A stretch of 64,000 nucleotides of DNA from a virus (lineage: Duplodnaviria > Caudoviricetes), in the IMG/VR virus record IMGVR_UViG_2731957752_000002, positions 24,025 through 88,024 of that record; one strand, 5' to 3'. Within the stretch, counting starts at the first letter, position 1; each line of letters starts with the position of its first letter. Both the position numbers and the translations under genes were made by a program. Below, in pieces: positions 9,614 through 18,299 of the stretch. The notes under the pieces are model-generated. The model did no database searches, was not told the DNA's origin, and saw only the letters and a program-made list of their open reading frames with translations.

Positions 9614-9891
9614 CCGCCGCGACCCCGCCCGCGTTCGTCTACATCCAGCGCGCGGAGAAGCTGATCCACGAGCTGCCAGCAGGCACAGAGTTCGTGAACG
9701 CCGACATCTACGCACGCATGAAAGCGGCAGGCTGGCCTGACATGCCGGAACCCCGCCAGTTCGGGCCGATGCTGCTGCGTCTCCGCCGTGAAGGCGTCAT
9801 CGAAAAAGCAGGAGTCCAGGCAACAGCCGCCCGATCACACGGAGGAGTCGCATCCGTGTGGCGCCGAACCCGAATGGAGAAGACGACATGA
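9610..9891 (+). CDS. Winged-helix-like hypothetical protein
   Basis: Coupled ORF; EPRQFG...SHGG..VW. Confidence 0.65.
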   Translation: MTAATPPAFVYIQRAEKLIHELPAGTEFVNADIYARMKAAGWPDMPEPRQFGPMLLRLRREGVIEKAGVQATAARSHGGVASVWRRTRMEKTT

Positions 9892-10190
9892 CCGACCCGC
9901 AAACCCTGATGCGGAAACCGTGGCTCGCCGCCGAACCTCAGTCCATCTGGGACATCACCGGCGACTACCCGTATGGCGGCACCTTCACCAACTGTCTCGC
10001 CCTGGTGCTGCCGCTCCACGTTACCGACGGGCACTTGTTATTCGAACTCCTGCCGCCTGCTGCCGGGTTCAGTTCACATATCTCGCCTGACTGGATCACA
10101 TCCGCGCGCCGCCTGATCTTGGTGGATGCGCAGAACCCGACCGAGGCGTACTTCGCTGACGAACAGGATTTCCTTGATGACCGATCGTGA
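9888..10190 (+). CDS. Hypothetical protein
   Basis: GGAG RBS, coupled. Confidence 0.65.
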   Translation: MTDPQTLMRKPWLAAEPQSIWDITGDYPYGGTFTNCLALVLPLHVTDGHLLFELLPPAAGFSSHISPDWITSARRLILVDAQNPTEAYFADEQDFLDDRS

Positions 10191-10587
10191 CCTCATCACC
10201 GAAGGGCGACGGTTGCTCGCCGAAGCCACCAACGGGCCATGGCAAGTCACCGATCTGCGCAATGCCGAGGACGGAAACCGGGACTGCCTGTGGGTTGATA
10301 GCTGGGGCGGCCCAGAAGTTGAGGGTGTGCCGCACTCTTACGCGACCGTCGCTGAGATGACCGAAGACGAAGGACTGCAAGTCATTTGGGGGCTCGCCGA
10401 CGCCGAGCTGATCGCGTGGATGCGCAACAACCTCGGCACCATCCTCGACGAGTGGGAAGCCGCCCGCAACACCTACGAACAGTTGCAGCGAGACACCCAA
10501 GAAGGGTGGACAGCGATCGCCACCAAACAACAGCGGGACGCCCAGCTCATCGCCGACCTTCAAACGCAACTGCGAGGCGTGTCATGA
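10177..10587 (+). CDS. Ead/Ea22-like hypothetical protein
   Basis: ATNGPW...DAELIAWMRN pattern. Confidence 0.65.
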   Translation: MTDRDLITEGRRLLAEATNGPWQVTDLRNAEDGNRDCLWVDSWGGPEVEGVPHSYATVAEMTEDEGLQVIWGLADAELIAWMRNNLGTILDEWEAARNTYEQLQRDTQEGWTAIATKQQRDAQLIADLQTQLRGVS

Positions 10588-10910
10588 ACCCAACCCAACA
10601 CGTCCTCACCCGCGTCGACACCGGCGGCAAATCGTATGCCGCGCAATGCCTGTGCGGGTTCTCCTCGGTCTCCTACAACCGGCAAAAAGCCGTCGCGAAC
10701 CTCTACTCGCACGTCATCCACGCGAGCAAACCGGTCTGCCCGACACCGAAGAAGAAGGCGTACCCCAACCAGGTGCACGCGGAAAACGCCATCCGCAACT
10801 ACATCCTCCGCCCAACACCTGGCGCCCGACCCGCACGCGCCTACCAATGCCCATCCGGACAGCACTGGCACACGACGAAAAACGTCGCCCGCGAAAGGCG
10901 CATCGCATGA
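10584..10910 (+). CDS. Zn-binding hypothetical protein
   Basis: CPTPKKKAY...RAYQCPSGQHWHTT. Confidence 0.7.
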   Translation: MNPTQHVLTRVDTGGKSYAAQCLCGFSSVSYNRQKAVANLYSHVIHASKPVCPTPKKKAYPNQVHAENAIRNYILRPTPGARPARAYQCPSGQHWHTTKNVARERRIA

Positions 10911-11185
10911 CCACCCAAACCCTCGAAATCGTCGACGGCATCGAACACCTCGACCACGAAGTGATGTGTGTGAGCAAGCTGCATCAAGACGGCGCTCGTC
11001 CGCCAGCGGAACTATTCATCGACCAGCACGGATGCCGCGACTACCTGTTCTGCGCAGCATGTGAGGCGCACGATCGGCGAGTGATCGAAGACGCGCTCGC
11101 GAATGGGGCCGACGTGTTTTGTATCAGGTGCAAGCAACAGTTTTGGGCGTACGGAAACCTGTACACGCGGGTGATGCCGCTGTGA
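10907..11185 (+). CDS. Zn-binding hypothetical protein
   Basis: CAAC, CIRC. Confidence 0.65.
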   Translation: MTTQTLEIVDGIEHLDHEVMCVSKLHQDGARPPAELFIDQHGCRDYLFCAACEAHDRRVIEDALANGADVFCIRCKQQFWAYGNLYTRVMPL

Positions 11186-11568
11186 CCAGCAAGCAGAAGC
11201 GCAAGGGCGACGAGTTCGAGCGGCAGCAACGCGACTTCTACCGGCTCGCCGGATTCCCCCACGCCGAACGGACCCGCGCCGGATACGAGCGCGACGGCGG
11301 AGACATCCACCTCGACCCCACCGTAGGGCTGGCGCCCGGAGTGATCGCCCAATGCAAGAACGTCGTCACACCACGATGGACGGAATGGGTGACCGGGCTC
11401 CGCGAGCAGACCGAAACCGCCGGCGCCGAGGTGGGGTTCATCGCATGGAAGCGCCGCGGGGTCGGATGGCCCGGTGACCAGCTGGCGATCATGCCGATGA
11501 CTGAATTCCTGGAGCTGCTGCGCCGCGCAGGCTACGGGCTGCCGCTGACCGACCAGGAGGCCGCGTGA
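11182..11568 (+). CDS. Holliday junction resolvase-like PD-(D/E)xK nuclease
   Basis: KRKGDEFER...GDI...QCKN. Confidence 0.75.
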   Translation: MTSKQKRKGDEFERQQRDFYRLAGFPHAERTRAGYERDGGDIHLDPTVGLAPGVIAQCKNVVTPRWTEWVTGLREQTETAGAEVGFIAWKRRGVGWPGDQLAIMPMTEFLELLRRAGYGLPLTDQEAA

Positions 11569-11798
11569 CCGCCGTCTATGACGAGCCCTTGTTGCCGCCG
11601 CCGGGTGAGCCTGCGACGTCACGTGACGAATACAGGATCACCTACCGGGACCCGGAAACCGGCGAAGAATTCACCCTCCTGTCGGACAGGGCGACGTGGT
11701 TGGAGAAACGCAACGGGCTCCGCAAGATGGGCTACCCCGTCGTCGTCCAGAAACGCCAAATCCACACCACCGCATGGGAACAAGTAGGGGACAAGTGA
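11565..11798 (+). CDS. Hypothetical protein
   Basis: Coupled, AGGAGG RBS. Confidence 0.65.
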   Translation: MTAVYDEPLLPPPGEPATSRDEYRITYRDPETGEEFTLLSDRATWLEKRNGLRKMGYPVVVQKRQIHTTAWEQVGDK

Positions 11799-12166
11799 TG
11801 GGCGACCGGCTGTCCGACGAACTGTTCGACGAGATCTCGCATGCAATCCCGTTCCCCTACATGGGCGGCGACTACCCCGAAAACCTCAGCCAGCAGGCAC
11901 GGGAGTGGATCGGCCCGGACGGCGGAACCCTGTCGCTGCTGAACGAACTACGAGACGAACGCGCCCGCCTCGCTGAAGCCGTCCAAGCCATGAGTAAAAG
12001 CCGCATGATGGAACCGATCTACGTTTCCGCGGAGGATTTGCGTCTAGATTCGTCGGCGGCTGACTTGCAGGCGCTTGTCGCAGAGGTGCACAGCCTGGCG
12101 CTCATGCACTGGGACGCCGACTTCGGGACTGCGCTCCGGTACGGCGAAGGTGTGTGGCTGCATTGA
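11798..12166 (+). CDS. Hypothetical protein
   Basis: TGATG overlap. Confidence 0.6.
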   Translation: MGDRLSDELFDEISHAIPFPYMGGDYPENLSQQAREWIGPDGGTLSLLNELRDERARLAEAVQAMSKSRMMEPIYVSAEDLRLDSSAADLQALVAEVHSLALMHWDADFGTALRYGEGVWLH

Positions 12167-12342
12167 CGGTCGCGGAGTTGATTGCACGGTTGTCGGAGTT
12201 CCCGGCCGAGCTGAGTGTGCAGATCGAGTTTGAAAACCCGCTCGAAGACGGCGGATGCATACTCGAAAACCTCACTGTCACTGGGGTGAAGTTGGAGCAA
12301 TCTAAGTTCCCGTGGCGCGGGCATACGGTCACCATCTTCTGA
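12154..12342 (+). CDS. Hypothetical protein
   Basis: LTVAELIARL N-terminus typical of small phage proteins. Confidence 0.6.
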   Translation: MAALTVAELIARLSEFPAELSVQIEFENPLEDGGCILENLTVTGVKLEQSKFPWRGHTVTIF

Positions 12343-12815
12343 GCACGAAAACCCGGTTTGACTTGATCGATACGCTTCATTTGAACACGAGGAGATGCTA
12401 ATGAGCGTCGACAAATTCAATGAAGCAGACGAGCGAGACTATGACCCGCTCGACGAATTCTTGCCCTCGGTGAAAGGTCTCCCGTGGGTGGTGTATGAGG
12501 AGACCGAACCCGATGAACCGGACTGCAATTAGTGGTGTGGCGGTCGCTGTCCTGGTTGCTGCGTGGGCTGTGTGCGTTCGCTTTACTTTGGCTCAGCTGG
12601 TTCGCGCGGCCGAGAACATCGACGACACCGCAACAGGCGATGAGTAAACGCGTGGGCGTCGCCCAATACGTGTGCCTCTCCCACGGCTGCCCGCTGTGGA
12701 CCGGACGTGAACTCACCAAAGAGGAAGTCCGCGCCCTCTCCCTCGCGCACGCCCTCCAACACCACACCCGGCCCATCGCACCCGCCGACCTCTTCGGCGA
12801 ACAGGAGAACCCCGA

Positions 12816-13160
12816 ATGATCGTCGCGATCAAACGCCAGTTCGACGCAATCAAAATGTACGGGAGTTGGGTAGATCTCGTGTGGCCGGTGGGCTGGATCG
12901 GCGTGGCCGCGTGGGCTTGGAGCGCCAGCCAGGGAGCGATTGCGTCGTACTCCGTCGGAATGTTCGTCTGGAACGTTGTGTTCGCGCTGCAACAGCTCAA
13001 AGTCCGCGCGCTGACCGACGAGAACGAACGCCTCCGGAGGCTGAACCAGCCGACGAACGTCTACAACATCACAACCGGGAATCCGCTCGACACCTCGGAA
13101 GCGGTCCGGCAGGCAGCGCGTTTGCAGCACATGGAATTCCGGCATGACCGCCGACGATGA
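12816..13160 (+). CDS. Membrane protein
   Basis: Two hydrophobic segments, AGGAG RBS. Confidence 0.65.
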   Translation: MIVAIKRQFDAIKMYGSWVDLVWPVGWIGVAAWAWSASQGAIASYSVGMFVWNVVFALQQLKVRALTDENERLRRLNQPTNVYNITTGNPLDTSEAVRQAARLQHMEFRHDRRR

Positions 13161-13711
13161 TGACGACACCTATGTGCCGCGCTACCAGGTGGACAAGATC
13201 ACGGTTAAGCCCGGCCAGCTCGCGAAGATGGCGGCCAGCGGTGCCGTACCCAGCCCCGAACTGCGGGCCGCGATCGAACGCGCGAGACAACGCCGTCATG
13301 GATGACTACGACGACATCCCCGACTGGCTCGACGCTGACGACTGCTGCATCGCCTGCGGACACTTTTGGACGGACTGCACATGCCCCTGATGCCGTGGCG
13401 ACGCAACCGCGAACACCGCACCAAACCGCGCCAGTTCTACGACAACGGCTCACCCTGCACCGCCCAGTTCTGCCGCGCCTACGACGAATGCCCCTGCCTG
13501 GATGCCACACGCCAGGACGAACAACGGAGAGAACGTTGAGCGAGACCGAGAAGTACGCCCGCGGCGGCATCATCCGAGGCGGCGCGCCGATCAAGCTGTC
13601 TGAACGGCTCGGCATCGGAATCGACGGCGTATGCATCTACGCCGCACCAGAACCCGTCCTCACTCCTGAAGAGATGGGGCGCATCGTCAACGAACCTGCT
13701 CAGGAGGACGA

Positions 13712-14110
13712 ATGAAGAACACCAAGTGGCTGCGGGTCGCGGCTGCGATGGCCGGTATCACGCTCGCCGCTAGCCTGATGGCGGGCTGCTCGTCCGACGC
13801 CGACGTAGCCAACGAAAACATCAAGAAGGCCGCCGAACAGTTCGAGATCAGCCGCCGGATCGTCGCCATCAACGGTGTCACCGACAAGTACCTGCTGGTT
13901 GTCGAGGGCAGGTGTTCCATCGAGTGGCCGGACAGTCGCGCTGACATCATCTGCAAGCTCGACGACGGCTCCTACATCAAGCACACGGTGCACCTGTCCG
14001 ACAACGTGACCGTGATGTCTGAGCAAACCAACGGCACGCAGGTCTCCACCGACCACTACCGGGTTGTCTTCAAACCTGAAGTGCTGCTGCCCAACGTCGA
14101 CCGGCCGTGA
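13712..14110 (+). CDS. Conserved phage lipoprotein
   Basis: Signal peptide, lipobox MAGC, SDADVA...RRIV.INGVTDKYL. Confidence 0.8.
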   Translation: MKNTKWLRVAAAMAGITLAASLMAGCSSDADVANENIKKAAEQFEISRRIVAINGVTDKYLLVVEGRCSIEWPDSRADIICKLDDGSYIKHTVHLSDNVTVMSEQTNGTQVSTDHYRVVFKPEVLLPNVDRP

Positions 14111-14182
14111 CCTTGACGAATGCACCCTGAGCTGCCAGTTGCGATGTGTGCGCGAAAACCATCAACACGACGGAGATGAGCA

Positions 14183-14575
14183 ATGAACGGCGTGCGCCAG
14201 ATCTATCGGGGACGCATACATGAAGCCCCATGCGGCGAACATGACGACGCCCTATTCCTCGCCGATATCGATGTTCCCTTAGCTGAGCGCATCGAAGACG
14301 GGCTAGACCAGTGGGGACGGTTCGCGACAGTCCGCTACTGGATCACCGACACCGAACGGTGCGCCGAAGAACTGACCGACAACCTCGCCAAGATCGCAGT
14401 CGGCGCCATCGATGCCGACTACACCCACTGCTACTCCGAGTACACCGGATACCTGTGGACCGACGAGGAATTGAACGTCGGCGGCCACGACCTCCTAGAC
14501 GAGCTGCGCACGCATCTCGGGCGGTTCGCTCACATCGAGTTCGAGTACTGCGTGGAGGCACCCAACCTTGAGTGA
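14183..14575 (+). CDS. Hypothetical phage protein
   Basis: YSEYTGYLWTDE...GGHDL motif. Confidence 0.7.
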   Translation: MNGVRQIYRGRIHEAPCGEHDDALFLADIDVPLAERIEDGLDQWGRFATVRYWITDTERCAEELTDNLAKIAVGAIDADYTHCYSEYTGYLWTDEELNVGGHDLLDELRTHLGRFAHIEFEYCVEAPNLE

Positions 14576-15224
14576 AGCGACCCCTGAGCTAGTCGCGGGC
14601 GCGCACACCGCCTTTGTCGACGCTGTCCATGCGCTCATCGGCCTGCGCCCCGACACCATCACCCGCGACGACGGAACCACCACCATCGTCCTCGACAGCC
14701 TCTACGCCGAACTCCTCGAAGCCCGACACGGCGAACAACGCAGCGACCCAACCGCCGGCACCGTCTACAAATCCCGGCCGCCCTTGTGGATCGACGCCGC
14801 GAGCCTGCTGCATCAGATCGACCGCACCGTAGCCGGATGGTGGCGTCACCTGCCCGCGGACGACCACGGCCTGCCCGCCACCGTGCGACGTTTGCATGCC
14901 CTCGTCGACCACGATTGGCGCCCGCAGGATGTGGGGGAGTTGCGGCGGATGACACGCACCGTCGAAGACTGGGTGCAGCGCGTGAAAACGCTGCTGCCCG
15001 AGGAAGTCACACACACGTGGGAGTTGCGAGCTGCCTGCCCGGCTTGCGGTGAAACCACCCTGCATGTTGACGACGGCAGCGGGGAGCTGGTGCGGCGGGC
15101 GGTGTTGCAGGCCAACCAATCCGGTGCGCACTGCCTCGCCTGCACAACCACGTGGGCGCCTGAATACTTCGCGATCCTCGCTCGAACGATCGGCGCGGGC
15201 CTCCCGGAAGGCGTGCTCGAATAA
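14568..15224 (+). CDS. Zn-finger protein typical of the end of early operons in actinobacterial prophages
   Basis: SRPPLWIDA; CPAC and CLAC. Confidence 0.75.
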   Translation: MSEATPELVAGAHTAFVDAVHALIGLRPDTITRDDGTTTIVLDSLYAELLEARHGEQRSDPTAGTVYKSRPPLWIDAASLLHQIDRTVAGWWRHLPADDHGLPATVRRLHALVDHDWRPQDVGELRRMTRTVEDWVQRVKTLLPEEVTHTWELRAACPACGETTLHVDDGSGELVRRAVLQANQSGAHCLACTTTWAPEYFAILARTIGAGLPEGVLE

Positions 15225-15229
15225 CGCTG

Positions 15230-15259
15230 TTGCATCCAGTGAATGCGATGTGTTACAGT
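15230..15259 (+). promoter_or_regulatory. Promoter of Y RNA/Ro60 locus, TTGCAT-N18-TACAGT with extended -10 TG
   Basis: Hexamers; two TGAATG motifs 19 nt apart. Confidence 0.75.
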
Positions 15260-15275
15260 GAATGAAAGCATCGGA

Positions 15276-15348
15276 TCCCGGTGCGAACGCAGACGGTTAC
15301 TTCTCATTCTGGTTGATAAAGACACCGACTGCGGTCATGTTCTCGGGA
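15276..15348 (+). ncRNA. Y-RNA-like unit 1 (short; apical TTCTGGT loop)
   Basis: Nested stems TCCCGG/TCGGGA, CGCAG/CTGCG, CGGT/ACCG; GGTGCGA and GGTTACTTC motifs. Confidence 0.6.
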
Positions 15349-15360
15349 GACAACTTCACA

Positions 15361-15504
15361 GGGGCGCTGGTCCGTAGGAGTGGGTTACTTCGCATTGGGA
15401 GCGCGTAGAGCGGGTTCAACTCCCGCCATCTCGCCATAGCGCGAGATGTGGTGTAACGGCAGCACTCGTACACGTCACCTACACCGTCTTGTTGTCAGCG
15501 CCCT
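15361..15504 (+). ncRNA. Y RNA (YrlA-like) unit 2 with circularly permuted tRNA domain
   Basis: GGGCGCTG/CAGCGCCC terminal stem, GCTGGTCCG Ro-binding motif, T arm, closed acceptor stem, D arm; upstream of TROVE gene. Confidence 0.85.
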
Positions 15505-15554
15505 ACTGTGACTGCCTCCCAAGGGCATCCGGGAAACCGGGGAGAACTTCACAA

Positions 15555-15662
15555 GGTGCTGATCCGTAGAAGTGGGTTACTTCTTTGGTTGAAACTCGCA
15601 GTGCTCCTGCGAGCTAGCGGTTCAAACCCGCACGTCACCCACCTCGCCTTGTTGACAGCACC
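15555..15662 (+). ncRNA. Y-RNA-like unit 3
   Basis: GGTGCTG/CAGCACC stem, GATCCG...TTGAC, GTGGGT/ACCCAC, T arm GCGG-TTCAAAC-CCGC. Confidence 0.8.
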
Positions 15663-15711
15663 GCTTGAAGCCTCCCAGCGCAATCCAGGAACCCGTTGGG
15701 AGGCATTTCTT

Positions 15712-17385
15712 ATGGCCCGCTTCAATACCCCCGCCAAGGCACGCCCAGTCGCTGTCGGACCGATCCGCACCAAGAGCAAGAAGACCACCACCCACGAGGG
15801 TGCGGACGGATTCTTGCGCGACGCACGCTCCGAACTGCTTCTTTTGGCAGTCTCAAATTTCGTAGGCACCGACTCCTTCTATGAGTCCGCTGCCGTCCGT
15901 GACGGTCGCTACCAGAAGCTCGTGCGGAAGATGGCCGTCAAAGACGGCGACTGGACCGCCCAGCTCCTCGCGTGGCTCCGCGGCCCCGAAGCCAACATGC
16001 GCACCGCATCGCTCGTCGGCGCCGCCGAATACGTGAAAGCCCGCCTCGACGCCGGCATCACAGGCAACAACCGGCACGTCATCTCGTCCGTTCTTCAGCG
16101 CGCCGACGAGCCGGGGGAGATGCTGGCCTACTGGGCCTCGAAGTACGGCTGGCCGGGAGGGCGCACACCCCACGAGAGCGGTAAGATGCCGACCGCGCCG
16201 GTGCTCCCGCAGCCGGTCAAGCGAGGCGTTGCAGACGCGGCGGTCAGGCTGTTTTCGGAACGGTCGCTGTTGAAGTACGACACCGCATCCCACGGCTTCC
16301 GGTTCGGCGACGTCATCGACCTCACTCACCCCGAGCCCAAAGCTGACTGGCAGTCCGACTTGTTCCGGCATGCCCTCGATCGCCGACACAACCGGGGCGA
16401 GAACATCCCCGACGCGCTGAACATGTTGGTGAAGAACCGGAACGTCCGCAACTGGACACCGGAGGAGATCGTGAAGCGCGCGAATTACACCGGTGACGAA
16501 CTGACGCCATTGTCGGAGGTGCTCGCGCAGTCCGGCATGACATGGGAAGACGTTCCGTCGTTGGTGAACGGACCGTGGACGAAGGAACTGTGGGAAGCCA
16601 TCATCCCGTCCATGGGCTACATGGCGCTGCTGCGTAACCTCCGCAACTTCGATCAGGCGGGCGTGTCCGACAAGGTGGCGGCGCAGGTGATCGCGAAACT
16701 CGCCGACCCCGAGCAGGTTGCGCGGTCGCGGCAGCTGCCGATGCGGTTCCTGTCCGCGTACAAGGCGGCGCCGTCGCTGCGGTGGGCGTACCCGCTGGAG
16801 CAGGCGTTGGATCACTCGCTCAGCAACATTCCGAAGCTCGCGGGCCGCACCCTGATCCTCGTGGACACCTCGTCGTCGATGGACGCTGGCTTCAGCAAGG
16901 ACGGGACGCTCATGCGGTGGGATGCCGCGGCGCTGTTCGGGATCGCGTTGGCGTCGCGTTGCGCGGACGCGGACGTGGTGTCGTTCTCGTCGACTGCCAT
17001 CTACTGGGGTGACCCTGTCGGCGCGAGGACGAAGGTGTTCGACCGCCCGCGTGGTGAGTCGCTGCTGAAGTCGCTGGACCGTTGGAAGTCGGGTGGCTGG
17101 TTCCTCGGCGGCGGTACAGCCACCCGAGAAGCCGTGCAGAAGCATTTCGCGAACCACGACCGTGTCGTCATCCTCACCGACGAACAGGCGGGCGGCACAG
17201 GGAATCCTGGCGCGGCAATCCCCAAGCAGACGCCGCTGTACACATGGAACCTCGCCGGATACCGAGCGAGTCATGCGGAGTCCGGTCCGTTCAGGCACAC
17301 GTTCGGCGGGTTGAATGACAGCGGCTTCCGCCTGATTCCGTTGTTGGAATCCGGGCGCAACGGCACGTGGCCGTGGATCTCCTGA
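15712..17385 (+). CDS. rsr: Ro60/Rsr TROVE-domain RNA-binding protein with C-terminal vWA
   Basis: THEG, SFYES, QRADEPGE, MGYMALLRNLRN, vWA MIDAS DTSSS, GGT, ILTDEQ; GGGAGG RBS before ATG 15712. Confidence 0.95.
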   Translation: MARFNTPAKARPVAVGPIRTKSKKTTTHEGADGFLRDARSELLLLAVSNFVGTDSFYESAAVRDGRYQKLVRKMAVKDGDWTAQLLAWLRGPEANMRTASLVGAAEYVKARLDAGITGNNRHVISSVLQRADEPGEMLAYWASKYGWPGGRTPHESGKMPTAPVLPQPVKRGVADAAVRLFSERSLLKYDTASHGFRFGDVIDLTHPEPKADWQSDLFRHALDRRHNRGENIPDALNMLVKNRNVRNWTPEEIVKRANYTGDELTPLSEVLAQSGMTWEDVPSLVNGPWTKELWEAIIPSMGYMALLRNLRNFDQAGVSDKVAAQVIAKLADPEQVARSRQLPMRFLSAYKAAPSLRWAYPLEQALDHSLSNIPKLAGRTLILVDTSSSMDAGFSKDGTLMRWDAAALFGIALASRCADADVVSFSSTAIYWGDPVGARTKVFDRPRGESLLKSLDRWKSGGWFLGGGTATREAVQKHFANHDRVVILTDEQAGGTGNPGAAIPKQTPLYTWNLAGYRASHAESGPFRHTFGGLNDSGFRLIPLLESGRNGTWPWIS

Positions 17386-17693
17386 ACCTGGTTTCGGGTC
17401 TGCTGGGGTGGAGGAGAGCGCAGGCGGCTGGTCGTGCGCTCTCCGCCCAGCTGGCGGCCAACCGGAACGCATTCAAAGCCGACCTCGTTCGGGCGCGTGA
17501 GGACGCTGGACTGAGCCGTGAGGACGTCGCCGAACGGCTTGGTGTCAGCGTCGAGCACATCGCCCGGTTCGAGGATCCGAAAGCCAACCCGCGACTGCAA
17601 ATGATCTGTTCCTACGCGCATGCGATCGGCGCGATCGTGGCGTTCGATGTCCGACCGTTCGAAGGGGATAAGGTTGCGAAACAAGCTGGGTGA
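17367..17693 (+). CDS. XRE-family HTH protein
   Basis: REDAGLSREDVAERLGVSVEHIARFE. Confidence 0.8.
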   Translation: MAVDLLNLVSGLLGWRRAQAAGRALSAQLAANRNAFKADLVRAREDAGLSREDVAERLGVSVEHIARFEDPKANPRLQMICSYAHAIGAIVAFDVRPFEGDKVAKQAG

Positions 17694-17981
17694 CTGGTGG
17701 TTCTACGCCCATCAGCGCGGAGTGTTCATGCACTGCAAAGGCATGTTCTGGACCTGCTTTGCCGACAACATCGCCGCTGCTGTTCTGCGGCGGGAACTCA
17801 CATGGGCGGACCCAACCGTTCGCTGGCACTCCCGCACCGCGGATCGTGTCGGGCTCCGATACGCCGAGAGCGAGCAGGAACGCGCCGAATGGGCCGCCGC
17901 TGCTGCGGAATTCGACGCCCGCCTGGACGCCCGCGTCGCGCGCGCCCGCTCGATCCGGAGGCTCGGATGGGGAAGCGGTCG

Positions 17982-18299
17982 ATGAAGACACTCGCTGACC
18001 TGTACCGCCTGCACGTCGGCGACGAAGTCGTGTTGAAGCTGCATGACGGTTGCCCCGGTTACACAGGTGCCGATCACCTGGCGGCGGGTGACGGCATGCC
18101 CATCCAGCACGAATGGGGAAGTGCGGAGGAGGCAGAGTTCGTCTGCTTCGAACGCATCAACGCATGCGCTCTCTCGATATGGCGAGAGGGCCGCTGCATC
18201 GACTGGATGTGGTTGAACAACGGCGACTCACTACCCGTGAGGTGCCGCCCTGGAGGCACCCTGAAGGTGCGTGTCAGCCAGAGAGGAAGGTGGGCATGA
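17982..18299 (+). CDS. Hypothetical protein
   Basis: Coupled ORF. Confidence 0.6.
   Translation: MKTLADLYRLHVGDEVVLKLHDGCPGYTGADHLAAGDGMPIQHEWGSAEEAEFVCFERINACALSIWREGRCIDWMWLNNGDSLPVRCRPGGTLKVRVSQRGRWA

Noticed and set aside
15391-15436. Ordinary tRNA gene or att-site tRNA fragment
   Set aside because: The 5' half lies downstream of the 3' half inside a Y RNA stem; far from the integrase
15276-15662. CRISPR array
   Set aside because: Repeats are degenerate, long-range paired and unevenly spaced; no cas genes
15508-15711. 68-aa N-terminal extension of the TROVE ORF
   Set aside because: Overlaps Y RNA unit 3; the SD and typical N-terminus (MARFN) point to ATG 15712
15853-17472. Long antisense ORFs (also 24838-25959, 35443-36825, 42111-43379)
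   Set aside because: Shadows of high-GC sense genes; no motifs
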